A DNA stretch of 64,000 nucleotides, taken from an uncultured Nitrososphaerota archaeon (lineage in GTDB: Archaea > Thermoproteota > Nitrososphaeria > Nitrososphaerales > Nitrosopumilaceae). The notes below the pieces were generated by a model that was not told the DNA's origin, made no database searches, and saw nothing but the letters and a program-made list of their open reading frames with translations. Where the stretch lies: contig CAWGPD010000002.1 of NCBI GenBank assembly GCA_963824385.1, forward strand, positions 224,001 through 288,000. The letters are read 5' to 3'. The first letter of the stretch is position 1. Every line of letters starts with the position of its first letter. Of this stretch, positions 1 to 11,157 are shown in pieces. The position numbers and the translations under genes are program-made.

Positions 1-895
1 TCTCGATATAATCTAGATGAAAAATTTATTGAAAATCAGAGAAGTATAAAAAATTCATATGAAAAAATGGGAGCAATTCCATCTTATTCTTGTATTCCAT
101 ATGAGATATTTGATGTACCAAAACAAGGTACCCAAGTTTCATTTGCAGAAAGTAATGCTGCAATTTACGCAAATTCGTTTTCTGGACTTGTCACAAACAA
201 GGAGGGTGCATTTAGTGCACTTGCAAGTGCACTTACAGGTAAAAGTCCATGCTCTGATCTAAGAGACAACGATATCAGAAAACCAAACCTGACAATTCGC
301 ATGAAAGTTGAATCTCCAAATGAATTGACTTATGGCATGCTTGGATATTTTGCAGGAAAAGTTGCAGGTAGACTCAGTTGCACTATCTGGTGTAAGTGGA
401 CTTGATAGACGTAGTTGCAAATCTCTATGTGGAGGAATGGGTACATCTGGAGCTTGTGGAATGTTCACATTTGGAGAAGAAGAAGGCGAGAAGATTGATT
501 TTGATAAAAAAGAGATGCAAAAAATTCATGATGAGCTTAACACCTCTGAGAGTGGTGACTTGATAACACTTGGTAGTCCTCAACTTGGACTCGATGAGAT
601 TGGTGATCTAGCCACAATGCTCAAGGGAAGATCATTTAAGAAACGTTGCATGATATTTTGTCCAAGTGCAATTAAAGGACAAATGAGAGACATGGGTTAT
701 AGAAAAGAAATAGAACGTGCTGGAGGAGAACTATTGTTTGACTGTTGTACATGTTTATCTCCACTAGTTGATAACAAGGAGGTTGATTCTGTTACCACAA
801 ATAGTGTAAAGGGTGCATATTATCTAAGAACTTCAAACAAAGTTGATGTCAATCTAAAGAGCCTCAAAAGAATAGTAGAAGAGGAAACAAAATGA
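1..895 (+). CDS. Aconitase X catalytic subunit (probable phosphomevalonate dehydratase large subunit); 5'-truncated, apparent +1 frameshift near 370
   Basis: Frame 1 is open from base 1 and contains SCIPY and AESNAAIYANS. It continues in ORF 332..895 (GSPQ, DCCTCLSP, TNSVKGAYY), AcnX-type motifs. Removing one base at gcaggtagactca joins the two. Followed by a DUF126 subunit. Confidence 0.85.
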
Positions 896-1275
896 ATGTA
901 AAGGTAATTGTTAAGGGACAGGCAAAAGGTTCGTTACTTGTAGCCAAAAATCCATTAAATTTTCTTGGAGGAATTGATAAAAAAACAGGGATGGTACAAG
1001 ACAAAAATCATGATCTCTTTGGAAAATCTGTTGGCGGTAAAATTCTTGTATTTCCCTTTGGGATAGGAAGCAGTGTTGGAGCATATACCATATACTCTTT
1101 AAAATATAATCACTGTGCACCATTAGCCATGGTTTGTCTAAAAGCAGATCTGACAACAGCATCTGGATGTGCAATATCTGATATTCCTCTAGTTGTTGCA
1201 AACAAAAATGATTATGACTTGTTAAAAGAAGATAGACAAGTTGTACTTGACGCAATTAAGGGACAAATATCATAA
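892..1275 (+). CDS. Aconitase X small (swivel, DUF126) subunit
   Basis: LNFLGGID and GKILVFP-G-GSSVG motifs; ATGA overlap with the large subunit. Confidence 0.88.
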   Translation: MNVKVIVKGQAKGSLLVAKNPLNFLGGIDKKTGMVQDKNHDLFGKSVGGKILVFPFGIGSSVGAYTIYSLKYNHCAPLAMVCLKADLTTASGCAISDIPLVVANKNDYDLLKEDRQVVLDAIKGQIS

Positions 1276-1869
1276 TTCTAATCTTTTGATTGATCCATTT
1301 GGTTCTGTCTCTTTGAAAACAATTCCCTCAAATTTTAAAATCATTGCGCTTTTTCTTTTCCAGTAATTGACAGGAGCTCCTGCCTTTTCACAAGCATGAC
1401 CAAGAAATTCTTCTACATTCCATCCATACTCAACGGGAACTTGAGGTAAAAGCAGACCTGCTCCAAACTCCCATTTTATGATAAGACCATCTCTTCCTAT
1501 CTTTATCATTTTAGGATATTCTGATGGATCCTTTACCTTGATCTCAACAGGCGGAGTTAGTGTTGTCACTTCAAATGTTATTTCATTTAATTCTCCATAT
1601 AATACGGGAGGAAAACGAGGATCTTCAGTAGATGATGCTATTGCTGCATCAACAAGAGATTGATGTAATATTCTATCCGGAGTTGGAAATCCAATACATC
1701 CTCTTAGATTTTCTTCCTTGTTTAATGTAACAAAGACTCCTGATTTATATGAAAACTTGGATTTGATCTCATTTGATATCTCAATTTTTTTTCCTTTCTT
1801 GAGATATTCTGTAACAGCTAGACGGGCAGTTCTTACTAATATTTGACCATCTTCATCTGACAAACTCAA
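1270..1869 (-). CDS. AMMECR1-domain protein
   Basis: GVFVTL, LRGCIG, DPRF and GLLLPQV motifs. Confidence 0.92.
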   Translation of the reverse strand: MSLSDEDGQILVRTARLAVTEYLKKGKKIEISNEIKSKFSYKSGVFVTLNKEENLRGCIGFPTPDRILHQSLVDAAIASSTEDPRFPPVLYGELNEITFEVTTLTPPVEIKVKDPSEYPKMIKIGRDGLIIKWEFGAGLLLPQVPVEYGWNVEEFLGHACEKAGAPVNYWKRKSAMILKFEGIVFKETEPNGSIKRLEL

Positions 1870-2354
1870 TTTATTCTATCATTTAATTTAGTTGCAAACT
1901 CTTGAAGTTTTTCAAAATGAGTTCCTTCCCAGTAAACCTTTTTACAAGAATCACACATCCAAAACTTTTTCTCTCGCTCTAATACTCCTTCTGGAATTTT
2001 TCCTATGATTCTAAATTTTTCTACTACTTCCAACTTTCCATTGCAAGCAATACAGCGTGAATTATTTGTATCAATTACAAATCTATCTAGTTTGAACTTT
2101 GCATTTATTTGTATAATTTGTTCTGATTCATCATTTCCTCTAATTAGAACAAAATTTACATTTTGCTTTTCCGCAATTTTTGTAAGTTGCTCATCTTTTG
2201 TTAAAATTATGCGTTTTTCATTTTTTGCTATTGCAATTAATTTATCATCTTCAATTGAGGAAAAATATTTTGAATCATATCCTAAAATTCTTAATTTCTT
2301 TGCTAAATTTCCTAACATTGCATCAACTATGAAAATTGGTTTTAGAGTACTCAA
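1866..2354 (-). CDS. Mut7-C RNase domain protein (PIN-like plus Zn ribbon)
   Basis: FIVDAMLG-LAK-LRILGYD, RC-ACNG and C-SCKKVYWEGTH. Confidence 0.9.
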   Translation of the reverse strand: MSTLKPIFIVDAMLGNLAKKLRILGYDSKYFSSIEDDKLIAIAKNEKRIILTKDEQLTKIAEKQNVNFVLIRGNDESEQIIQINAKFKLDRFVIDTNNSRCIACNGKLEVVEKFRIIGKIPEGVLEREKKFWMCDSCKKVYWEGTHFEKLQEFATKLNDRIN

Positions 2355-4281
2355 TTGTATGCCTCTCCCTCACCAGATTCTACTATATGGCTGTCTCCTG
2401 CGGGAAGTATTCGAGTAAAATCATCCATTGAAATTGCTTTAACTATCTCTTCTTTTTCTTTAAATTTCATAAATTCAAGTTTTACCTTCTTTGCAAGCTC
2501 TGCCATATCAACTCCAGATGGTTCTATTATTACATAATAGATGCAATGTTTCTTAATTGCTGAAGGTGGACCACACATTAGTAAATAACTCTCATCTTTT
2601 TCATACAAACCAATAGCTAACTGTAATGTACTAACTTGAACAAAATTTTTCGATCCTTCTATAACAAATGATCCTTTTGCAATAAATTGTCCACTTGGGC
2701 AGCTGTCTTGATCTGTTCTGGTCTCATCCAATATGCATTTAATCCATAAATTCCAGCTCTCCATGCTCTACTAAAACACACTGTAGCTTGAGAAACTTCT
2801 TTCACACTTGAAACATCCTCATCAGTACTCTCTCTTAAAAGAAAAAATGGTGAACCGACAATTTCTGCATGAAACACTCTATCATTTTTGTTAAGATGTT
2901 TTCTTATAACAGCCGAGTTTGAAGAAGCATCACGCCCTCCAATTGCTAAACGTCCATCTGAAGTGATAAACCATCTGTATCTTTCAAACCATTCTTTCTT
3001 TTTTTGAACTGCAAATACAATAGAATCTTGGGCAACACTTGCCTGTTTTTTGAAAAGTTCAAGACTTTTTTCAGTCTTTTTCTTTTCTAAATTAATTGTA
3101 TCAGTTGCTCTCATCTGTTTTTTTGATTCATTAAATAATGTTGAAGCAATTGCTTGTATTGACGATTTAGGATCTAACTTTATCTTCTCTCCTTCTATGT
3201 TGATTAGAAAGATGCCGCTCTCTCTTGCTACATGTGAGTTGTATTTGGTTAATAATGTCTGAATTACTGGGTCTTCAATTGACGTTATACCGGTATATGA
3301 TATTTCAAGAAGTGCTTTTGCCACACCAGAAATTGAACTTGATCTCTCCTTTACTAGTAAAATTGCCTTGTTTTGCTCTTCTAGCTTGTGCTCAAGTTCA
3401 GTAATCTTTTGATTTGCTGTAATAGATTGGGACGATTTGCCATGTTCAAGAAGATTTTCTGAAAAAAGTGAATCTAATCCTTCCATAAAACTAGATACCT
3501 TAACTGCATTTCTTTCTTGCAAGTTTCCAAGAGGTATTGGAATTACGTCTGCATTTTTTATATCACGGATTATGTAAGGATCATGTTTTCCTGTGATTAC
3601 TTTATCAATGATATCTTTTGTTGCATTAAATATATCCTCAATCTCTTTATCTGTCAAAGTATTGCCTAACCTATCTGGATCCAAACCTGTCATTTGGATT
3701 ATTTCCTCTGTATACTTTCCTGGCAATCCCAATGTTCTTCCTACCCATCTTACAATTGGAGAAGAACTTGTTTTGATATCTGCGATATTTTCTTTGGTAA
3801 CATCCAAAATGTTTAATCCTGAAGAAGGTGGAGGAACATAATTCAAACCAACTCCAAGTTTTCTATGTCTTACATCAATTGAATGCAATAATGATAAAAT
3901 CTTCATTTCTTTATTGCACAAAATTATATTTCCGTCTCCAAAAAATTCTCCAACTAAAATAAATTCCTGATCAAATCCTGAAAATGTTACATATGCAATT
4001 CTCTCACTTCCAGACTGTTTGATCTCTATTATTTTGCTGCGTAAAAGATCATTTCTTAATCGTTTTATCAGTCGGTTCTCTTCCATTTGATTTATCTTTA
4101 CATTAGTTATCCATAAACCAAAAGTAGAGAACATGACAAGTAAATCTGGTTTATCTGGATGATGTAGCTTGAAAAGAACACTGTTACGACTTACGCCGTA
4201 AATGTTGCTTACATAATAGTCCTTTACTTGTTTATTCATCTCAGTAATCAAATAACGTAGTTCTATACCTGCAAGTGTCAT
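2351..4281 (-). CDS. rqcH: Rqc2/RqcH (NFACT family) ribosome quality-control protein; apparent -1 frameshift near 2700
   Basis: EFFGDGNIIL, WFERYRWFITSDG and GGRDASSN in ORF 2659..4281. The expected K-APSGQF-KGSFVIEG continues in ORF 2351..2764 after one C is restored. Confidence 0.88.
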
Positions 4282-4373
4282 AATTTCTAATTTCTATCCT
4301 CCGTTGATTATATCTTTACTATTGCTATAGCAACCAAACATTTTAAACGGGATTAATCAGAAATTTATTTTAG

Positions 4374-4778
4374 TTGGTACGACATCCAAAGAAAAAAGAC
4401 GATGAAAACCCTGATACTAATGACAGTAAGGATAATCCTACAGTACCATCTGCTCAAACTGACGAGGCAAAACTAAAGGCTGGACTGGATAAATTATTCT
4501 GGCTAAGAATAGGTTTGGCAGTATTGGCAGGAACACTTTCTGCATTAATTGGAAGTTCCTTACAATCTCACAAAGGCATTATGGCTCTTGGAATCATGAT
4601 AGTTTTGTTTATTGTTTCAGTTGGAATTGCAAAATCTATGAGACTTCCCATTCTTCCAACAGAAAAAAAGAAACTTATCACAACAGGCTATGGAAGCTAT
4701 ATTCTTATCTTCATTTTCAGTTGGATCTTAGTAAATACTATAATTCATGCACCTACAGCAATAACATCCGTTAAGTAG
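4374..4778 (+). CDS. Small membrane protein with three predicted TM helices
   Basis: Charged N-terminus followed by three hydrophobic segments. Confidence 0.7.
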   Translation: MVRHPKKKDDENPDTNDSKDNPTVPSAQTDEAKLKAGLDKLFWLRIGLAVLAGTLSALIGSSLQSHKGIMALGIMIVLFIVSVGIAKSMRLPILPTEKKKLITTGYGSYILIFIFSWILVNTIIHAPTAITSVK

Positions 4779-4809
4779 TTCTAAATATTGATAAAAATTT
4801 AGTAAATAT

Positions 4810-5400
4810 ATGTGGAAACATAGCACACCAGGAATTCCAGATGAACTTTTTGAAAGAGTAGAAGATGTACCAATTACAAAAGAAGAAGTACGTGTAATCC
4901 AAATAAGTAAAGCAAGATTATCACCAGGACAAATAGTATACGATGTTGGATGTGGAAGTGGATCGATATCAATAGAAGCATCACATCAGATAGGAAATAC
5001 TGGTAAAGTTTTTTCAATAGATATTGATCCAAACGCAGTTGAACTTACCAAGAAAAACTTGGACAAATTTCAAGTCTCTAATGTATCTGTAATTTTAGGA
5101 AATGCAATACAAAAAATCAATGAATTACCAATTGCTGATGCTATTTTTATTGGCGGCACAGGTGGGGAAACATCTGAAATAGTAAAACTATGTGAAACAA
5201 AACTAAAACAAGGAGGAAGAATAGTGATTGGAACTATTCTTATTGAAACACTATATTCTGTACTAAATACAATTGAAAAACTAAAGTTCTCTTCAATTGA
5301 TATAACTCAAGTAACTATATCCAAGAGCAAAAAAACTTCAACTGGTACCATGTTTCTTGCAAGAAATCCTGTTACCATAATTTCTGCAACAAAAATCTAG
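4810..5400 (+). CDS. cbiT: Cobalt-precorrin-6B C15-methyltransferase (decarboxylating)
   Basis: GIPDELF, PITKEEVR, DVGCGSGS and ARNPV motifs; cobalamin gene context. Confidence 0.92.
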   Translation: MWKHSTPGIPDELFERVEDVPITKEEVRVIQISKARLSPGQIVYDVGCGSGSISIEASHQIGNTGKVFSIDIDPNAVELTKKNLDKFQVSNVSVILGNAIQKINELPIADAIFIGGTGGETSEIVKLCETKLKQGGRIVIGTILIETLYSVLNTIEKLKFSSIDITQVTISKSKKTSTGTMFLARNPVTIISATKI

Positions 5401-5427
5401 CATTTTAATTAGGTACATGGAGGTTTT

Positions 5428-6156
5428 TTGATAATGGTAGAAATAACATGTGTAGGCTGTGGACCTGGCGATCCTGAACTACTAACCGTAAAAGCAGTAA
5501 AATCTATCAAAAATGCTGATGTAATAATGTGCCCTACCTCTAAAGAAGGAAAGGACAGTATTGCTTATTCTATAATATCTACACTTGTTGATGAATCAAA
5601 AAAGCCTGAAATAATTAACCTTGTATTTCCAATGGTAAAAGACAAAGATATCCTTGAAGACACTTGGGAGAGAAATGCAAGAATGATTGCTGAAGTTGTA
5701 CGAGCCGGAAAAAATGTTGTCTATCTTACAGTTGGCGATCCCTCGCTATATAGTACATGGATCTATGTTCAAAGAGAACTCAAATCAAAATATCCTGATA
5801 TCAAAATTAATGTAATTCCAGGTATAGTATCCATGTTTGCATTTGCATCAAAGGTTGGTATCAGTATTGCAGAAGGTGATGAAACCATGGCAGTTATTCC
5901 AGCATGTTATGATCTTGGAAGAGTAAAGGAGACTGCAAAAAATTGTGATACAATGATATTTCTAAAAGATGGAAGATATTTTGATCAAGTGATTGCATTA
6001 CTTAGAGAAGCTGGTTTTCCAGATACATCAATTTTTGCTATAGCTCAAGATGTTGGAACAGATCAAGAAATTGTTAGAAAACTAACATTGGGACAAGTTA
6101 CCCAAGATTCTTTTACAACTAAATATTTTTCTATAATGGTGGTCAAGCGTGCATAA
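5428..6156 (+). CDS. cbiL: Precorrin-2 C20-methyltransferase
   Basis: VGCGPGDPELLTVKA, FPM, GDPSLYST and IPGI motifs (start may be the ATG at 5434). Confidence 0.9.
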   Translation: MIMVEITCVGCGPGDPELLTVKAVKSIKNADVIMCPTSKEGKDSIAYSIISTLVDESKKPEIINLVFPMVKDKDILEDTWERNARMIAEVVRAGKNVVYLTVGDPSLYSTWIYVQRELKSKYPDIKINVIPGIVSMFAFASKVGISIAEGDETMAVIPACYDLGRVKETAKNCDTMIFLKDGRYFDQVIALLREAGFPDTSIFAIAQDVGTDQEIVRKLTLGQVTQDSFTTKYFSIMVVKRA

Positions 6157-6916
6157 AGTATACTTTGTAGGCTGTGGACCTGGCGATCCAGAATTAATTA
6201 CAGTCAAGGCAAAAAAACTAATTCAAAAAGCAGATGTAATAGTTTACTCTGGCTCACTTATTCCGCCTGAAATTATCAAAATGTGCAAGAAAGCACAACT
6301 GCATGATGCTGCAAAACTTGTAAGAGAAGATATTTTTAAAATTCTAAAAGACAATGCACTAAAAGAAAAACTTGTTGTTAGATTACACGATGGGGATCCT
6401 AGCATTTACGGAGCAATAAGGGAGCAGACAGATAATCTCAAAAAAGAAGGAATAGACTATGAAGTAGTTCCTGGAATAACGTCATTTTTGGCCTCAGCTG
6501 CCGCACTTGGATGTGAACTTACACTACCTGGTGTAACTCAAACAATAATTGTAACAAGGGCTGAATCTCGAACCAAAGTACCAAAACAGGAACAAATCTC
6601 TGAACTTGCAAAACACAAAGCCACCTTGATCTTTTATCTTAGTATTCATCTGATTCCAAATATTGTAAAAGAAGCAATCAAGGGAGGATATGCCAAGTCA
6701 ACACCTGTTGGAGTAGTTTACCGCGCAAGCTGGAAGGATGAAAAGATAATCAGAGGAACTCTAGAAGATATTGCAAAAAAAATAAGAGATGAAAAAATAA
6801 CAAGAACTGCAATAATAATAATTGGAGATGTTGTTAATCCAAAATCATATGAATATTCAAAACTATATGATAAAACATTTACTCATGGATATAGAAAAGC
6901 CAAAGTAAAATCATAA
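6149..6916 (+). CDS. cbiF: Precorrin-4 C11-methyltransferase
   Basis: GPGDPELITVK, YSGSL, RLHDGDPSIYGA, QTIIVTR and SKLYD motifs. Confidence 0.93.
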   Translation: MHKVYFVGCGPGDPELITVKAKKLIQKADVIVYSGSLIPPEIIKMCKKAQLHDAAKLVREDIFKILKDNALKEKLVVRLHDGDPSIYGAIREQTDNLKKEGIDYEVVPGITSFLASAAALGCELTLPGVTQTIIVTRAESRTKVPKQEQISELAKHKATLIFYLSIHLIPNIVKEAIKGGYAKSTPVGVVYRASWKDEKIIRGTLEDIAKKIRDEKITRTAIIIIGDVVNPKSYEYSKLYDKTFTHGYRKAKVKS

Positions 6917-7664
6917 TGAACTTACTTTATTTTTAATTCCAATCTTAATCAATTTCTGATGAAATTTTTCTATATCTCCTGATGCATAAATTTTAAGACT
7001 ATATTTTGATTTTTTATGTTTTAATATTTTTAAAATATACAGTGCTACTGAATCTGCTGGATCTAAAAATTGTACATTAGGAAATAATTTATTTAAAATT
7101 GGTAAAAGAAATGGAAGATGGGTGCTTGATAAAGTAAATACATCTATATTATTTTTTATATGTGGAGTAATGATTTTTTTAATTAAATTTATTGTTGGTT
7201 GTTTTTTTGATAAAAACTTTCCAGACTCGACAAGATCAACAAGGGGAGTTGCATTAATTTTTGTAACTTGAATTTTTACAGGAATATACTTTTTGATATA
7301 TTTATCTAGAGATTTACTTTTTACAACTGACTTTGTTGCAAGTATTCCAATTCTTCCAGTCTTTGTTTTAGAAACAGACTTCCCTTAACGGAGGAAATAC
7401 ACCAATTATTTTATTCTTTTTTTCAATATCAAGTAATAATGATGGAGTGTTTGAGCCAACTACTATAATATCAGGATTAAATTTTTCTTGTAATTTTGTG
7501 ATTGTATATTTTATTATCTTGTCTAATTGTTGAACTCTCTTTGTACCATAAGGGTAGTTATCCTGATCTGCAACGTAGATTATTTCAGCATTGATTTTTT
7601 TTCGGATAGATTTTATCACTGATAGTGAACCTACGCCTGAATCAAAGACTACTATCTTTGGCAT
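6911..7664 (-). CDS. Glutamate racemase (MurI)-like protein; apparent +1 frameshift near 7378
   Basis: VFDSGVGSLSV, D-NYPYG and GSNT in ORF 7368..7664. After correction the frame reads EAVSKTKTGRIGILATKS...TLSSTHLPFLLP to a TGA at 6911-6913. Confidence 0.82.
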
Positions 7665-7770
7665 GATGAGAAAATAATAGAGTCTGATTTACATTTTGTG
7701 AGCTAAATTTATCCTAATGTTGAGGATTCTATACACCGCCCATTAAGAAGTAACTTTTGAACCTACCCGC

Positions 7771-8412
7771 ATGACCGGCTTCGATAAGACCTGGACTCGA
7801 CCAGAGTCTGCAGGTATATCAGAAAAATTACGTGAAACTGTAAAACCTCAAGGCGCGCTAAAACCTAGGATTGAAGGCGCCGTGAACAAATTACAGGGTC
7901 AAATATCGAAGATGGATTCTATGTTGAGCAAGCTGAGAGAAAGGGATGCTCAGTTGTTCAAACGAATCGTAGCCGCAATGCAACATCACGATGCAGCAAC
8001 AAGTAGAGTTCTGTCAAACGAACTAGCTGAGATTAGAAAAGTGTCAAAGATGTTAGGAAATGCTAGAATGGCATTAGAGCAAGTACAATTGCGTCTAACA
8101 ACAATACATGACCTCGGTGATGCAATGGTAGCAATCGCCCCTGCAATGTCCACAATGAAAGGACTCAAATCATCACTTGGAAGATTCATGCCAGAAGCAG
8201 ATTCCGAACTTAATGCAATGACACAAACTCTCAACGGTTTGATGATGGATTCACTAGCAGGTGGAGACTTTAATGTTGATACCGAAGCATCAAACGAAGA
8301 AACAGAGAGGATATTGCAAGAAGCATCTGCAGTTGCAGAACAGCAGATTGGCGACAGATTCCCATCAGTTCCATCACCCTCCAGCGTATCGTCACAATCA
8401 ACAGTCGAGTAG
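7771..8412 (+). CDS. cdvB: CdvB-like ESCRT-III (Snf7 family) cell division protein paralogue
   Basis: Coiled coil with ELAEIRK, LEQVQLRL-T and EETERILQEA, typical of thaumarchaeal CdvB paralogues. Confidence 0.88.
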   Translation: MTGFDKTWTRPESAGISEKLRETVKPQGALKPRIEGAVNKLQGQISKMDSMLSKLRERDAQLFKRIVAAMQHHDAATSRVLSNELAEIRKVSKMLGNARMALEQVQLRLTTIHDLGDAMVAIAPAMSTMKGLKSSLGRFMPEADSELNAMTQTLNGLMMDSLAGGDFNVDTEASNEETERILQEASAVAEQQIGDRFPSVPSPSSVSSQSTVE

Positions 8413-8493
8413 GGAAACTCGGATGGGGAGATTGGCGAATGCGTCTCTTTTTATATTTTAAATCTTTGAAGACTGTATGCAAATTATTGTATA

Positions 8494-9171
8494 CTATGAC
8501 TTTTTGTCAAGAATTTGTTTTGATTTTGAAAAGATGTATGCCCATTGATCCCAGTTTAATCTACCTGTCTGTGTATTTTGCTTGCTAGGATGATATGAGC
8601 ATAATATTATCCAACCTTGATGTAAAAACAAGTTTCCGTGATAAAACTTGGCTTTTTTTATGTCTAAAAGCCTGCAACAAGCATCAAATGCAATTTTGCC
8701 CAAGCAAACTATTATTTTTATATTTTTTAAAATTGACAACTCTTTTTTTAGATAACAAGAACAATTTTGAAGCTCATCACGAGTTGGTTTGTTTTTTGGA
8801 GGGGCGCACCTAAGAGCAGCAGTTATGTACGTGTTTTGAAGTTTGTAGCCGTCATCAAGACTCTTACTAGATAGTTTGTTCGAAAAACCATTTTCATAGA
8901 GTGCCTTTGCAAGCCAATCACCAGAACTGTCTCCTGTAAACATTCTTCCTGTTCTGTTTCCGCCGTGAGCCGCAGGCGCAAGACCAATTATCAATAATTC
9001 TGCCTTGGGATCTCCAAAGCCTGTAAGCGGCTTTCCCCAGTATTTTTCTTTCTGGAATCTTTTTACTTTATTTTTAGAAACTTCTTTTATGTATAAAGAA
9101 AGGCGCGGACATTTTTTACAATTAATGATTTTATTATTTAGTCTGTCAAGACTTGTTTTTTGTGCTTTCAT
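8494..9171 (-). CDS. Uracil-DNA glycosylase family 5
   Basis: CxxCPRL Fe-S motif, GLAPAAHGGNRTGRMFTGDSSG, RCAPP-NKP and YHPS-QNTQTG. Confidence 0.93.
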   Translation of the reverse strand: MKAQKTSLDRLNNKIINCKKCPRLSLYIKEVSKNKVKRFQKEKYWGKPLTGFGDPKAELLIIGLAPAAHGGNRTGRMFTGDSSGDWLAKALYENGFSNKLSSKSLDDGYKLQNTYITAALRCAPPKNKPTRDELQNCSCYLKKELSILKNIKIIVCLGKIAFDACCRLLDIKKAKFYHGNLFLHQGWIILCSYHPSKQNTQTGRLNWDQWAYIFSKSKQILDKKS

Positions 9172-9189
9172 TATTGTATTATGTCTATT

Positions 9190-9969
9190 CTATCTAGTAA
9201 ATCGAATTAATCTTGTTCTAGTCATGAAGATAAAAAGCGATAATCCAATCACTAGAGTAATAACTGGTAATGGGAATTCAGGCAGAGATTTATCAGGTGA
9301 TACAATCTCTCCCCACATGTTAGGGCTAGATATTTTTGATATGTCTAGTGATGTTGAATTCTGTGTAGGCCAAGTATAGAGTTTGTGTGAATTTAGAACT
9401 TCAATGTAAAAACCATATTTATCAGATCTTCCAATTAAATCAGTTGGTATTTTAAATTCATAACTTTCATGTGGACTAACTGTATATCTATCGCTCATAT
9501 CTGAAACACCTCCAACTCCCTCCAATTCTGGTGGATTTGAAATTTTGGTGTAATGATTGGTAAATGCTAATTCTGAACCGCCTTGTAAAAGTACAGGTTG
9601 ATTTTCTCCAACTGTTGCTATTATACAATAATCTCCTGCATCTGGAAGAGTACTCTTGGTATTATTACTATCAAAACAAATTATAGCTTTATCTGTGTGT
9701 TTGTTAACTGTGGTAAAAGTTGTAGCATCAATCATGGCATAAACAAAATTTCCTTGATGTGCAGTTCTTAAGACAAATGCATTACCGTCTACAAAATTCA
9801 TTGTATCAAGACTTGTATTTTTCCATTCTTTGTAAAATGTCCACTTTCCATCAAAAATTACTTTGTCCCTGTCAGCAGAAATTGTTATCAATATTGGTTC
9901 AATTGCAAATACGTTGCTGGTAGAAAGTATGCATATGACGAAAGCAAATAAAATTGGTATAAATCTCAT
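9190..9969 (-). CDS. Exported surface protein with a PEF-CTERM-like C-terminal anchor
   Basis: N-terminal signal peptide; C-terminal LPEFP followed by a hydrophobic helix and a basic tail (TRTRLIRFTR). Confidence 0.75.
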   Translation of the reverse strand: MRFIPILFAFVICILSTSNVFAIEPILITISADRDKVIFDGKWTFYKEWKNTSLDTMNFVDGNAFVLRTAHQGNFVYAMIDATTFTTVNKHTDKAIICFDSNNTKSTLPDAGDYCIIATVGENQPVLLQGGSELAFTNHYTKISNPPELEGVGGVSDMSDRYTVSPHESYEFKIPTDLIGRSDKYGFYIEVLNSHKLYTWPTQNSTSLDISKISSPNMWGEIVSPDKSLPEFPLPVITLVIGLSLFIFMTRTRLIRFTR

Positions 9970-10019
9970 TTAATTTTACAAAATACAGGTTGTATTTATA
10001 ATATATAAATTCACAAACC

Positions 10020-10220
10020 ATGGAAGATATGTTTTTAGTAACAGTAACAAGTTGTATTTTTGTGAATAATAAATTGATAATTGGTATTGTTATAGTAATA
10101 ATTGTAGGAATAGTATCACTTGTGCTAAGTAATTCCTATTTTCATCAGATAAGCTATTACTCAGGTCCAACCAGTGTCTACTCCAAGTTTACCAAGACAT
10201 CTATCGATAAATCTGATTGA
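10020..10220 (+). CDS. Possible small single-TM protein
   Basis: 66-aa ORF with one strongly hydrophobic segment; no family recognised. Confidence 0.35.
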   Translation: MEDMFLVTVTSCIFVNNKLIIGIVIVIIVGIVSLVLSNSYFHQISYYSGPTSVYSKFTKTSIDKSD

Positions 10221-10260
10221 AAACATGCAAATTACTCAAAGCCCTTAAAGTGTACGCCTA

Positions 10261-10273
10261 GATCCATTTTGGA
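10261..10273. promoter_or_regulatory. Palindromic TCC-N5-GGA site, putative transcription-factor box
   Basis: GATCCATTTTGGA. The 12-mer GATCCATTTTGG recurs exactly at 14114. A TATA-like TATATT lies about 26 bp downstream. Confidence 0.5.
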
Positions 10274-10317
10274 GCTACAAGTCAACTATATTTTCCACAA
10301 GTTCTATAAATAACAAT

Positions 10318-10999
10318 TTGACAATACAGCCTATGAATAGAAATTCATCCATTGCACTATTCGGTGCAGTCTTTGTGGTCGCAGTAGGACTCATGGGCGC
10401 TAATGGAGTTTTCTCAATGTCATCGGGCATTATTGGCACATCTGGTACAAATTACCATGAAAATGCAGGAAACTTACTAGGCCATGTTACTCTAGTCGCA
10501 CAAGATCCAAGTGGAAACATTAAGGCATATCGACAAATGGACAACGTCGTAACACAGGTAGGAAGAACATGTACCGCAGCTTCTTTATTTGGAACAGTTC
10601 AATCATCAGGTTCTGATGCAGGCTGTTGGCCAAGAGGTACACAAGCTTCAGGTGAATTCCAGTACATCGGTATAGGATCATTGTCAAGAGCTGAAGTTAC
10701 ATCTGATACTAGTCTTGATTCCTATATACCAGGTTCTCCACCACAAGCACGAACATCATATATCTTGACCAACTCATCAAGCTCTACTAATGCAGGTGGA
10801 ACGTATGGTGCTACAGCAGTACAATCGACAAGCTTCATTTTCGGTGCACTCACAAACTGTTGGCGAAGCAGACTTGCAGGATGCCGCAGCAACTGTACAA
10901 GCATCAGAACATGCGTTTGCCAGAAAAGCAATTACCCCAACAATTGGTGTAAACAGCGGTGATACCTTAACTGTCACTTGGACAATATATACTGGATAA
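10318..10999 (+). CDS. Exported small beta-rich protein, paralogue 1 (phage-fibre-subunit-like); apparent +1 frameshift near 10849
   Basis: Hydrophobic N-terminus; GHVTLVAQDPSGNIKAYRQMDNVVT and YIGIGS...DTSL. After correction, QTVGEADLQD...HAFARKAITPTIGVNSGDTLTVTWTIYTG (ORF 10790..10999), collinear with the intact paralogue at 13454. Start may be the ATG at 10333. Confidence 0.8.
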
Positions 11000-11157
11000 A
11001 TTTCCAGTACTTACAACTTTTTTATTTTAACTATTCTTTAAGTAATTTATACATAGTTATGAATCAATAATTAATTTTATTTTCTAGCAAATGTCTTGTT
11101 GAGTACCATAAAACTAGTCTTACAATATATTTATCAAGGGATTGTCATAACAATGGT

